From assembly GCA_052426225.1 (NCBI GenBank), contig JBNJNM010000023.1:248001-312000 (forward strand): DNA of 64,000 bases. Direction: 5' to 3'. Origin of the DNA: Zancudomyces culisetae HAW-14-8. Taxonomy: Eukaryota; Fungi; Kickxellomycota. Below, in pieces: positions 24,240 through 36,443 of this stretch. Under the pieces are notes generated by a model, which worked only from the letters and a program-made list of their open reading frames with translations, did not search any database and was not told where the DNA came from. How positions within the stretch are numbered: position 1 is the first letter of the stretch; every line of letters starts with the position of its first letter. The position numbers and the translations under genes are program-made.

Positions 24240-25461
24240 TTATTTATTATGCCTTCCTACCCTCTCATTCTTACAGTCTTTCAACTTCCAAGCAGGTTCA
24301 TACTCGCCCTCACTGTTATATCCGTTACTACTTTTTTGGCTATTAGTGTTGCTGGAAGTAGCGTCATTAATTTTTCTGAGCAAAATTGGGTTGGGTGATG
24401 TGGATCGCGAGTCTCCTAGAGAAGTATATCCCTTGTCATACAGTGCACAATATGGAATTTTACAGTTGATAATGAAGTCCCATACTTCATTATATTCCCA
24501 GTCTAATATGGGGCTGATTCGCATAACCCTTGGCCATCCCTTATCTGTCAACTTAAAGTACTCAGTAATTCCAACCGGATCGTCTCTTCTTGTCCCAATG
24601 AACACCCCCTTCTTTTTTGGGTTGCTATCTAAGTATGATTTGAGCGAGTTGATCATAGATCCTTTCCCAATGTCCATTCGTGTAATCTTTATTTTATATT
24701 CATCTTCTATCTCGGATACAAATTGATCCATCTCTATGAATGTTGTATTACTGGTAATGTAGAGAGCCGCTATGTTTCGTATTTCCTCGGGATTCGCATT
24801 TTCACACTTTGATGATTCATTGTTGTATATGTATTTAAAGTACAATTTAACATCCGAGTCCTCATTCTCAAGATTGCTCAGGTAAAGCTCATTTAGCCTA
24901 TCTTCATCATTGGTGTCTGTGCTTTCTCTGGCCTTCTAATTTTTTTTTTTGGTATTTAAAAAATCAAATGTAGTGTTTAGCAAACCTGTACAATACCACT
25001 TCTCTTCTTGCTCCCCTTTCTCGTTAACTAATAATTAAAAAGACCCCAAATAAAAAGCCTTATCAGTATATGAGAAATAAATCGTACCTTGAGAGCATTT
25101 TTAAGTTCTTCAATCTTGTCCTCGTTAGATTGAAGTGAGCTTTCTATCGAAAGATATGCAAAAAGTAGAAAGAGTATCACTGTGCAATCTTTACCGCCAT
25201 TATAGCTTATCAGAAGCCCATCCTTTCTAGTAGTGGTTATTACAAATTAGTTAATAGAGCTAATTCGGAAAATACAACCACTGCCACCACTCCAAAAGAA
25301 TACACAAATATTCAAAATAGTCGAGTTTTGAACATGTTTGCTTACTTGTACAATTTATACGCATAGCTAACGATCTCTAGCGCTTCTCTAACTTTCTTTC
25401 CCAAATCATCATTTCTAGAGCCGATCTTTAGTATCTCTGCAACTTGATTGTGAGTATCCAT
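24240..25461 (-). CDS. FAD1: FAD synthase (FMN adenylyltransferase, PAPS-reductase fold), multi-exon
   Basis: Exon with ISYNGGKDCTV; last exon GVFIGTRRDDP, WPRVMRISPILDW, PYCALYDKGYTSLG, PAWKL..ERVGR. Confidence 0.9.
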
Positions 25462-26983
25462 ATTGTTTGTCTTAGTAAAGGATCGTTGTTGGTTTTGCTT
25501 TCTTTATAGAATTGAATATTCTGATGGTGATCTGAACTTGTAACAATAAATAGTAAGTAGGAGTGTTTAGTTGAAAAAATGGTGTCTTAAAACAAGGTAA
25601 AATTATACTGTTTTAAATTAAAGATTTCAGCGGAACAAAAAAATTGTTACAGCGAAATATTTTCTATCGATAAATTTCATGTGAAAATGTCAGATTAAAA
25701 TCACGTTGCTATTGGACAGATTTGTCAAACGCATTCTGTGGTGGAAAGGGCTCCAAAAATTGGCCAGATCGGCAGTGAGCCCATTTGTTTATATCCATAA
25801 TCATTATCATTGTTGCTTTTCTTTTTTTGCAAATTTCCACGTAAACTTTTCAAAGACGAGAAGCTGATTTGATGTATTTTACCTGAGTGAAAAACCAATG
25901 CACCCCCGCCTCCAAAACACTAAACTACCCGAAAAACATCGTCTTTTAAGGGGTTTGATCCACAAATCTCTCGTAGACTTGATTTATTCGATAATATAAT
26001 AGTATTACTATGCAGTGCACGTGAATTTATATTATCAGGAATACACCAACCAACGTTTTACTAAAATATATTTAATAAACTAAAAATTAATTCAACATAA
26101 TTAATGATATCTTATATCCTTTGGATATCTAATAGGATTCATGATAAGAGAAGAATGAATTCATAAACAAACAACATTATTGAGATATGTAATATTTTGA
26201 GATCCCTGACCCCCTCAAACTTGGTCACTATGCCTATAACCACGTATTAAACCTCAACGTGGAATATGTTGAAATGACTTTGGATATCCACAACAACACA
26301 AAAATACATGCAAAAGCCTAAAAGCAGTGTAATATTTACGACCAGTGTGTATATTACCTTTAAAGGCAAAGGGTAAATACCAACGTAGGTACTTATGTAC
26401 CTTGACATCTATGAATAAAAATATGAAAGTACGAACACATAATTCTAGCCCAACTCGTCAAATTAGAATAAAGGGAAATCTGGATCCTAAAATTTTCTTT
26501 TTACCGGACAAGTCTTATTCGGAAAGTGATTTCCTGACATTTCAAACCGGATGAGTACACACAAAAAGTTACTACCTTGGGGTGAAGATAGTATCTACAG
26601 TATCTAGTTCATTTTTTTTACAAGACATTATATAGCTATATATATAAATGAGTAGACCTACTTTATTAAATAAAAAACCTCACCTAACCCATTTTTCATT
26701 CACCAGTTTTTAGGGTGAAGTGTTAAAAAGTTCTAAATCAAAGAGCAAAAAATTTCGAGTTTGGTAGGAAGTTTTAAATGAAAATTGCAATTTTTGAATC
26801 AGTGAACATATTATTTTGATTGCCCAACCCACATGGTTGCTATATCAGTAGACTTCACAGTTTTATAAATACCAAGTAATTATATAAATTTAATAGGTGT
26901 TTGTAGGCAAAGCGAATACTAAAATACAAAAGAGATTAACAACAAGGTATAATACAAGATCAACAGAAACAAATTTGTGCGGG

Positions 26984-28521
26984 ATGAGTGAAGAAGGTAG
27001 TCCAAAGGTCAAACCAGATAATATCAAACAAGAGGCGGAAGAATCTGTACTTGAACTAGCAAAGGGCCTAGAAGTGGGACTTAAACTTGATGATACTACG
27101 GAGAAAAAGGTACAAATTGAAAAGCCAAAAGAAGAAAAAACGGAGAAAGCCTCTTTAAAGTTTAAGGGTTTGCCAGATTCAAGTATAGAGTCTATAGCAG
27201 AATACATCAAATCAGGATACGGAAAGAATATCATTGTATTGAGTGGAGCTGGTATATCCACCTCCGCCGGAATTCCAGATTTTAGAAGTCCAAAAACCGG
27301 TCTATATGCAAATCTAAAAAAATACAATTTACCCTATCCCGAAGCTATTTTTGTTCTTAGCTACTTTGCTGATAAACCAGAGCCATTTTTTACACTCGCA
27401 AAAGAACTGTATCCGGGATCATTCTGTGTAAGTTTCTAACTCGAAATTTTCACCCTTATACTAAACTTCCTGGTACTATAATATTAAAATACAGTGACAT
27501 AAATATTTTTTGTAGCCAACTATGAGCCACGCTTTTATTAAACTTTTATCAGAAAAGAAATTATTGTTAAGGAACTACACCCAAAACATTGATACACTCG
27601 AAAGGGTAGCAGGAATAGACGAGTCATATTTGATAGAGGCACATGGTTCTTTTCATGAAGCACATTGTATCAAAGTGGGATGCAAAAAGCCATTCTCCCA
27701 TGACTGGGTCAAAGAAAAGGTTTTTCGAGATGAAATTCCTAAATGTGATAATTGTGGGAGTATAGTCAAACCAGATATTGTATTCTTTGGCGAGAGTCTT
27801 CCGGAAAAGTTTCATGTGGGTATTGATGAGGTATGTGCTAGTAAATGTCTAGAACCGTTATTGTTTATTTTTGCAAATATGCTCGAGTATCAAACGTCTC
27901 TTTAAACATAGGACTTTCCAAAGTGCGACCTTCTCATTGTTATGGGAACATCTCTCAAAGTACATCCTTTTGCGTCATTGCCATTATATGTAAAAGGTAA
28001 CGTTCCTAGGCTACTAATAAACCGCGAGAAAGTTGGCAAGGTAAATCTGACTAGTAGTAAAACTCTACTATTTAATCATTTTTTATGGATCTGTGGCTAG
28101 TTTTACTGAACTATCTCGTGTTTAATTTTGAATTTAGACAATTGGGGGATTTGAAGGGTTTGATTTTTTCAAGAAAGGAAAAAAGAATAGCAAGACCTTT
28201 AAACAGAAAAGCAATGAGGCGGTGGAGGATAAAAAACTCAAAAGGGACGCTGTATTCCTGGGCGATTGTGACAAAGGGTGTCTGGAACTTTGCAAGTTAC
28301 TTGGTTGGGAGGTGAGTGTTTTCCTTTTTTTTTTGTATTCGCATTTCATTCTCACTACTATTATTTTTTGGAAAAGGAGAATTTGTGGGTAATTCATACA
28401 CCAATTAAGCATGTATCATATTGATATGATCGAATAGACTGAGCTTCGAGACTTACACGAGGAGTTAGTTAGAAAACATACCAACGGTAGCTCCACAGCT
28501 ACAGAGTCCTCATCCTGTTAG
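26984..28521 (+). CDS. HST2: NAD-dependent deacetylase, SIRT2/Hst2 class, about 5 exons
   Basis: [50 protein letters not shown] and LINRE motifs across GT-AG introns; stop TAG at 28519-28521. Confidence 0.9.
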
Positions 28522-30021
28522 TATTTTACTCGGAGTTCCAGAGTCTACATGTCTGCCCTTAATAAACATTGTTGCAATATGTACTATCTACGCTTTCACG
28601 AGTGTACTAACAAGTGGTTTTCGCTTATACGAACGCAGATCACTGGGGGGGGGGTTGTATCTTAAAAACCCTGGATAAGCAGAGCCAAGAAACATTAGCT
28701 TGTGACTAAATTTTGATATCGTCATCCATTTTCTACTTTTATAAATTGTTTTACAGTTTCTTCAATCTTATCTCGAATATGCTAATTATATCTTGCTTTT
28801 GATTATAGAAATTATTGTTAGATACAGTGATATACTGGTGCGTAATATCAACTAATGCCTGGGTTTACTACACTATTCTTTATTAGAAAGCTAAACTATG
28901 ATTTCTATTTTAGATGAAAAAGGTTCCAACCACTTGATATACCACACTAGTCAATGAAACAGAAAATAACAGTCAAGTAAACTAATCCAGTGGCGCAGAG
29001 CTATATCAAGAAAAAGTATGTGCATATTTTTATTCTGGTGGATACAAGTTCTAGATTCATGAGTTTTTGCATTTGTGTATATCAAGTATTTCCAGTTGCG
29101 CTAAAATTGACTAGTTTGGCCAGTTCCTATATCAGTAGCAATTTGTTTGTGAATTTGAGTGTATTCAATATATGCCCATTTATATGAAACGCTATGGCGT
29201 TATTTTTTCATTTATGGTCTTTACAATCAAGTTGTTAGGACTTGGGTTTTGATTTACTCATCTGTGCTTCTGAAATGGTCAGTTCATCTTTTTCCAACAT
29301 CAAACCAACCTAAGGGATAAATGGTATATTCTTGGGCTTTTATCATGACCAGTTATTTGTAAAATGAGAATTGGAAAAACGAAAAAAAATAAAGAAAAAC
29401 CCCGTTGATTTTCATGTTCGTTGCAATGGAGAGGTGAAACAGATTAGTTAATTGACCATTCCCTTTTCCCAATGAACTCACAAATTAAACGCGTTATCTT
29501 GTCTATCAGGTAATACCATATTTTATAATTCAGTTATGTAAGGAATCAGGATTACCTAGAAAACAATTCGCTGCTCTTAATAATTTTTCGTTTTTAGATG
29601 TATCATAATGTATCAAAGCGAGTTTTTTATATTGTATCACACTTTTTTTTGTCAATTGCATTTGGAAAAGCATGGATATTCAATCTGTGCAAACTAGCCA
29701 AATTCTAGTTTATTTGATCTAAAGAATATCACCATATTGGTATTTATGCTCTTAAAACCATTTACATTTTATATTTTCTACGTTAAATAGAATATTCATC
29801 TTTGATTTTTTCATTTGTAGTTTTAATAGAGAAGTAAAAACCTTAGAAGGTAGTCTTACTAAATAGCAGAGCTATTAGTTTACTTGGAAATACAGAAAGA
29901 AGATATAAAGTGCAACCATTTTGGTAAATAAAAAGGGAAAGGGAAAGGGAAAGGCAAACTAGAATACAGAAATAACTAGAGTAGGAAATAGGCACAAAAT
30001 TAACAAACTGAGAGTTTAGCG

Positions 30022-33000
30022 ATGGTAGCTACATTACAAGATATGCCTGGGCATATTCTGGCGCGGGTATTCGTGTATGCCCAGGATATCAGGAACAGCA
30101 CACTATCGAAACAGTTTTATTACGCATCTAATGAGGTGAAAACGGTTGCATCATTTCTCCAGGTTTATTCAACCTACTGTAATAAATATTTGGATGGTTT
30201 TAATAGCTATGATGAAACCGTATTAAAGGTGTTTCCAAGGATAGTTAGAAGCGAAAATTATGTTCAGGACTCGCTGATAATATTAAATGGGATCGATTAC
30301 CAAAAAATATTGAGCTATTCAATAAAGTATGCTTGGAATAATGTTATTTCAAGGCTGGCTTCGATGTACCTGATCTTAGATGCAGCAAGAGAAAACGTGA
30401 TATTTTCACACACATATTTAACCAACACAAGAAAAATAAACCTAAAAGTGGATACTAAAAAATATAAAAGCATTTACTACAAGAAAAGCTTGATTCAGCT
30501 TCAAGATCACTATGTAGTTCCTTTACTATATTCCGAAGGAGAGTTTTTTTACACAAACAGCCACAGTACAGATGTGTATTTAAATGAATTTGCCGAAACA
30601 AACGACACTGAACACGAATACACGAAAATACTAACAGATTGGATGAAAAGTTATGGAGCAAAAATCAATTCATATTTTTTAAATTTAACAGTACAACTCA
30701 ACTATACCAATGTACATGTTTCTAAAGAGCTAAGAACCTTGAATCCTAGCCTGGCAAGAAAGCTTGATGGTATTAAGCTATCCGACAATGCCATCAATGG
30801 TAACTTTTTGATTCAGTTCCTATACTATCTCTTTGTATTTAATAAAAATAATAGAATACTGGAGCTGATGGGTATTGAGCATGATTTTTCATCGCTCGGC
30901 TCAGGTTCAGCCGTGCTGGTTGGTAAAGGTATTTTAGGTAGATATAGCAGATTGCTGGAGCTGAGTGTGGGAAATGAAGGTGGAAAGGGGCAACTTTATG
31001 TAATTGCAGTATGCATTGCGGCAGTTGAAAAAAGAAAAAAAATATTAAGTCAACTTTTGGATAACCCATTGTATAATATACACAAGGACGCAATTTTTGA
31101 ACTTTTAACGGAATGCAATGAGAGTAAATTGGCTACAAAAATCTTTCTTGAACTCAAAACACATCCGGCAAACACAAATAGGCTTTTAGAGGCAATATAT
31201 CATAACAGAGATATTGAATCGTTGGATCTTTTGATGGAGAATAGAATAAATGTCATTGAGATCACAAACTTGGCACTCAGGACAGCTGTAGCGAGTCTTA
31301 ACGTGTATTTAAGTGCAAAACTCTTAACTTTGGGCGCACGACTAAATAGACCAGAGTATAATTGTATTAACGAAGCTATGGACCCTAAAAATGATGTTCT
31401 ATTGCAAGATATTGTAGCTAATGATAAAATTTTGGTGTATAATGATCGACCCAACGAGTTTGATGATTATAGAGAAATAATAAGCTTTCTGTTATCATAT
31501 AAATGCAGCAGTGGATACTATCTTCATGCCGATATTGATGTTGATATTATTGAGAAGAAAGTTTATGAGGGAGACTATCATTCGTTGATGATAATTTTGG
31601 ATGACCATCTTTTGTGCTCAAGGTTTGGAAAAAAAAATGATCAAAGTTTCGATGCACTCCTGAAAATAAGTCAAATTGTGAGATTTATTGCTGCCAAAAA
31701 GACAAAAAACAACCAAAAGATATACACAGGATATTGTGCTGAAGCAAAAAAATCATTTGAAATACTCAAAGAATTTAACAAAAATGCTTCAGTGTTAAAT
31801 GATGGATACTACAATGCGTTGTTGAGAAGAATAGAAATGAAACGAGATGAAATTACCAAATTGTTGCTAAATCACAAAGTAAATCTAACAAATAGCGAAT
31901 ACAATGGACTTGTTGCCGCATGTAAGCTGAATAGGATCGATCTAGTGATGGCTCTAGTAAACCAAGGCGCAAAAGTATCAGACATGGGCAGTAAACTCAT
32001 CGAAATAGCTTGTAACAATAACAATCAGCAGTTAGTAGAATACTTGGTGGCCAAGGGTGCTGTACTAAACAAATCATTACCAGGAAATATACATTGCGAT
32101 GGCATAGTTAGCGCGTGTAAAAACAACAATAGCACAATGGCAAAGTATCTTTTAGACCACGGTGCAAAGCTGGGGCGGTTTGGGGCTGATGGAATTGTCG
32201 AAGCATGTAAAAACAACAACTATGTGTTAGTTAGGCACCTACTGGATAGTGGTGTTAAGTTCAGGTCTGAAAGTGGATCACAAAGTGAATCCTCTCTATC
32301 TTTGGCTTTCAAACATGCCTGTATAAACGGAAACATAGACATTGTAAGGCTGCTGTTGAGTAGCGGGGTGCAGCTACGGGTTGGAGGTCGTAACATGTAT
32401 GGAGTATGTGAAGCAATAAAAAACAACAACATTGAGCTTTTGAAATTATTACTGGAAAGTGGAGCTAATACTGGGCATTTGGAAGAAGTGGATATTGACA
32501 ATGCTATTATCAACAATAATCCAGAGCTACTCAAGTTGATATTAGCTGGAGGTTGTAATTTAAAGGCAATTAACTACATTGACTTTACGGCGGCCTGCAG
32601 GACAAAAAATATTGAAATAGTGGAGATGTTGATAGAAAATGGGGTTGATCCATCAAGAAACTGCTGCTACAACGGGGTATACGAGGCATGCCAAAACAAT
32701 GATGTTGAACTGGTCAGATTGTTATTTGCAAGTGGTGCAATGCTGTGTAATCATAAAAAGAGTTGTGTTGTTGAGGCTATAAATAATAAAAATAAAGAGC
32801 TATTTTTCTTACTGATACAACGTGTACATTCAATAAAAGCGGACAGGGTAAACGGAATAAGAGATATTTGTGAAGCAAACAGTTTAGAATACCTACAGCT
32901 ATTTCTGGAGTATACTGGCGTTAAAACACTAAAGGAATACAAATACAATGGTATAGTTGAATGCTGCAGAAATAACAACCTAGAAATGCTGAAAAAGCTA

Positions 33001-33795
33001 TACATACACGGGGCTAGAATCATTGATCAACGATTAAATGGAGTAAACGAAGCATGTAGAAACAACAATTTCGAGATGCTTGCTTTCTTGCTTGAAAGCG
33101 GAATTGGGGCCAACCTATCTGATGAGTGGTATAATGGGGTGAATGTAGCGTGTACGGAAAACAACTTTACTCTTTTGCGGTACTTGGTAAATAACAGAGG
33201 AGCTACGTTATCCAATGGATACTGTAATGGGGTAAAAGCAGCAGCTAAAAGCGACAATTATGAAATGATCAAATTTTTGGTCGAAAATGGGGCTAAAATT
33301 GACGTTTTCCGAAATAGCGGGATCAGCGAGGCAGTGCAAAACAGTAATATAGAAATATTGGAGTACTTGATGACAAACTGTGAGCCCTCAGATGGCAGAC
33401 ACTATACTAGTTTGATGTATAAGGCAAAGAAGACAGGGGATATGAGTTTATTAGAGTATTTGATTAATTATAGCCATGGAAACAGCGATATAGACCAAAG
33501 CAGCCTTATTTTTGGTCTACAAGAGCTTGCTACAGCAGTTGTTGAGGGCAATAGAAGCGTGCTTACGTACTTTTTGGAAAATAGTTGCTGTCACGATCGG
33601 GAGCTAAACTCTGTACTTATTGATGCATGTAATTTGAATGATATAGAGACTGTCAAATTACTTCTTGAACATGGTGTAGGGTTTGGAGATAGCCAATACG
33701 CATGTCTGTTTGCCGCGATGAATCCAAATGTGGACACCGGTAATGATTGTAGAGGTGAGGCTTCTCAGCTTGTGGATGTGGTTATGAGTTGTTAA
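30022..33795 (+). CDS. Large intronless ankyrin-repeat protein with N-terminal F-box-like motif
   Basis: Many repeats of the form G..EAC.NNN.E...LL..GA; N-terminus LQDMPGHILARVFVY...LSKQFY. Confidence 0.85.
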   Translation: MVATLQDMPGHILARVFVYAQDIRNSTLSKQFYYASNEVKTVASFLQVYSTYCNKYLDGFNSYDETVLKVFPRIVRSENYVQDSLIILNGIDYQKILSYSIKYAWNNVISRLASMYLILDAARENVIFSHTYLTNTRKINLKVDTKKYKSIYYKKSLIQLQDHYVVPLLYSEGEFFYTNSHSTDVYLNEFAETNDTEHEYTKILTDWMKSYGAKINSYFLNLTVQLNYTNVHVSKELRTLNPSLARKLDGIKLSDNAINGNFLIQFLYYLFVFNKNNRILELMGIEHDFSSLGSGSAVLVGKGILGRYSRLLELSVGNEGGKGQLYVIAVCIAAVEKRKKILSQLLDNPLYNIHKDAIFELLTECNESKLATKIFLELKTHPANTNRLLEAIYHNRDIESLDLLMENRINVIEITNLALRTAVASLNVYLSAKLLTLGARLNRPEYNCINEAMDPKNDVLLQDIVANDKILVYNDRPNEFDDYREIISFLLSYKCSSGYYLHADIDVDIIEKKVYEGDYHSLMIILDDHLLCSRFGKKNDQSFDALLKISQIVRFIAAKKTKNNQKIYTGYCAEAKKSFEILKEFNKNASVLNDGYYNALLRRIEMKRDEITKLLLNHKVNLTNSEYNGLVAACKLNRIDLVMALVNQGAKVSDMGSKLIEIACNNNNQQLVEYLVAKGAVLNKSLPGNIHCDGIVSACKNNNSTMAKYLLDHGAKLGRFGADGIVEACKNNNYVLVRHLLDSGVKFRSESGSQSESSLSLAFKHACINGNIDIVRLLLSSGVQLRVGGRNMYGVCEAIKNNNIELLKLLLESGANTGHLEEVDIDNAIINNNPELLKLILAGGCNLKAINYIDFTAACRTKNIEIVEMLIENGVDPSRNCCYNGVYEACQNNDVELVRLLFASGAMLCNHKKSCVVEAINNKNKELFFLLIQRVHSIKADRVNGIRDICEANSLEYLQLFLEYTGVKTLKEYKYNGIVECCRNNNLEMLKKLYIHGARIIDQRLNGVNEACRNNNFEMLAFLLESGIGANLSDEWYNGVNVACTENNFTLLRYLVNNRGATLSNGYCNGVKAAAKSDNYEMIKFLVENGAKIDVFRNSGISEAVQNSNIEILEYLMTNCEPSDGRHYTSLMYKAKKTGDMSLLEYLINYSHGNSDIDQSSLIFGLQELATAVVEGNRSVLTYFLENSCCHDRELNSVLIDACNLNDIETVKLLLEHGVGFGDSQYACLFAAMNPNVDTGNDCRGEASQLVDVVMSC

Positions 33796-34199
33796 AACAA
33801 AGGCCAACAGTAATAATAGTGGTAAGCCTACATTGGTAAATTTTGGATAGTGGTTGAAGGTGTGGTTGCTATTGATATTCTTTTGTAAACACTTTATATC
33901 ACGGCTTTGGTCAACGTTCTTCAATTTTAGCATTTAGAGTAGAATTACTAGCATTTTCAAAGCAATTTGTTGTACTAATTTTTATTAATTGATTTGGAAT
34001 CCCTGCTATTATTCATACAATAAAAAATAAAACGAAAAAATAAGATGAATTAATAGTAAAACAATTCATATCATTTAATTCATTTATTTGTTGTTCAAGT
34101 TAGGAATCTGTAGAGTAAAATCAAAAATTAAACAAAATAATCCAAATTCAGTTTGTACATACAAAGATAATAACCAAATAAAAAACGACATTGACAAAG

Positions 34200-34606
34200 A
34201 TGGAACATCGACAGGGTAATCGAGGATATAAAAAATCACATTCGGGAGAAGGGGGAGGTCGTGGTGGGGGAAAAGATACAGAAAAAACGGTTGTATTTGA
34301 AATGAGCAAATATATGGAAAAAAAAGTCCAGGTTCAAATTGCTGGAGGTAGACAAGGTAAGATATATCTCTAGACAGTATAGCATGAATTAAAAAGAAAT
34401 AAAAAAAGAGAATTAAAGAGACTGATGAAATTGATGAATGTAATCTAATAGTCGAAGGGATTCTGAAGGGGTACGATCAATTGCTGAATTTGGTGCTGGA
34501 CCAGGTAGAGGACTATGGAATAGTCGTGGTTAGAGGAACAAACATACTGGGGATAAATGGGGCTGACGGAGCACAAGAGATAGAAAATCCATTTATTAGT
34601 AATTAA
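34200..34606 (+). CDS. LSM7: U6 snRNA-associated Sm-like protein Lsm7, intron 34357-34451
   Basis: Spliced FEMSKYMEKKVQVQIAGGRQVEGILKGYDQLLNLVLD...GIVVVRGT...GAQEIENPF. Confidence 0.9.
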
Positions 34607-34662
34607 AATGTTAAAAACAAGATAATAAAGCAAATAAATAAAGTAAAATAAAGTAAAATAAG

Positions 34663-36443
34663 TTATTGAGGATTCTTTGGAGGAGGAGGGGGATTTACAG
34701 ACAAATCGATAGAAAGAATTAATTTGGTAGCTTCTATGGCTGAGCACAAAGCATTGGCTTTGATGAGAGAAGGTTCATAGACAAAGGAGGAAAGCATATC
34801 GTCGGGACGGCCAGTGGTTAGGTTGAGGCCATACCACAGGTGAGCAGTAGGATCCTTTGCATGAAGAGCACGAAGCTGAGTGAGCAGATCAATGGGGTCA
34901 AGACCAGCGTTCTCGCAGAGCAGGCGGGGAACCAGCTCAAGAGCCTTGGCTAGTTTGGCAACGACGAGCTGGCGCTTTCCAGGAATCGAGCGAGAATAAG
35001 CCTTGAGGTGTCTGGATAGATCCAGTTCTACGGCACCACCACCAGCAACAAAGGAAGGAGATGAGAGCAGGCGCTTGACAACATTGAGAGCATCAGTTAG
35101 AGAACGATGGACTTCGTCTATAAACTGCAACGAACCACCGCGCAGAACTAGAGTACAGGCTGCAGCAGGGACAGGACAGCCGGTAAAGACGTTGAAGCGA
35201 GAGTTTCCAAGCTGAACCTCTTCGAAAAGATCACATGATCCAAGACCAAAGGAAGTGGAAGAAGAAGAGGAGGAGGAAGAAGAGACTGTAGAAAGAATGC
35301 GGGCGCCAGTGGCCAGACACACGCGGTGCATGTCGTCGGCAGGAACGCGGCCAGCACAGAAGATGTTGCGGTCGGCAAAGAACTGGGTGGCAAGATCACC
35401 AATAGGCAGTTTGCTGAGAACAACAGTGGCACCCATGTCGACTAACGCCTGCAGCTTAGAAAAGATAATGGAGTATTCCGCATCAACTATGCGTGAATAG
35501 TCGGCCACTGCACCGACACGGACCTCGGCGTTGTCCTTTTCAGCCTTGAGTTCGAGCTCGATGTTAAGACATGCAATCTTAGGGTTTGTAATATGCTTGG
35601 GCTGTTGCTCAAAGCCAGCATAACTGAATGTCTTGGCGAACCCAACGCCACCGTCAATCAGAAAACTGTCCTGCATTGCTCCTCCTGGAATCTTTTTGAT
35701 TCCAACCAGCTTTTCCAAATCCACGCTGCTTCCACTGCCATATGATGCCATCCGCAACACCACATCTACTGCCAGCTTAGCAAAGAATTGTCGGTGTGAA
35801 CTAACCACCTTCGAACTGAGCGTAGTTTCGGCACATTTTTGTAAAAGATCGCGCTTTGTGTCTTCTTCTACTTGGATCGATATTTGTTCCAACCGCTTCA
35901 ATGCCTCACGCTTGCCTTCCTCCAATCCCCGAATAATCTCCCGTACATCTTCCCCTCGCTCTTCTTCAATCAATTCCTTGATCTCGCCTAGAATTGCTCC
36001 GGCCAGTAGCACCACTGTTGTCGTACCATCGCCAACCTGTGCATCCTGCGAGATTGCTATATCCACAAGTGTTTTGGCCGCTGGCTGCACAATCTCCAGC
36101 TTCTTCATTATTGTTGCCCCGTCATTACTAATCGTCGCTCTCCCATCACTATCGACAATCAATTTGTCCATTCCGAGTGGGCCCAATGTCGTCTTTATGG
36201 TCTCGCATACTGCCAAGCATGCAGATATATTGCTGAGGATCTGAGATTTTCCTTGCGTTGTGTCGGTTCCCTCCTTCAGCACTATGATTTGTGGTTGCTA
36301 TTTAAGTAAAAGTAAATTTAAGTTGACTTGCAAAACTAACATTTATTTCGCATCTGATTTAATTCGTTTATTTATTTACTGACCATTTTCAGCCCCATTT
36401 GAGGCATTCTTTGCTGTGGTATAGGTTGTCCCCCTCTATTCAT
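34663..36443 (-). CDS. CCT7: Chaperonin CCT/TRiC subunit eta, short first exon at about 36384-36443
   Basis: QPQIIVLKEGTDTTQG, TISNDGATI, GDGTTTVV, KTFSYAGFEQQPK, ELELKAEKDNAEVR, IGDLATQFFADR. Confidence 0.95.

Noticed and set aside
35003-36244. Plus-strand ORFs over CCT7, including the poly-Glu ORF 35255-35500
   Set aside because: Antisense shadows; the poly-E mirrors the CCT7 poly-Ser insert
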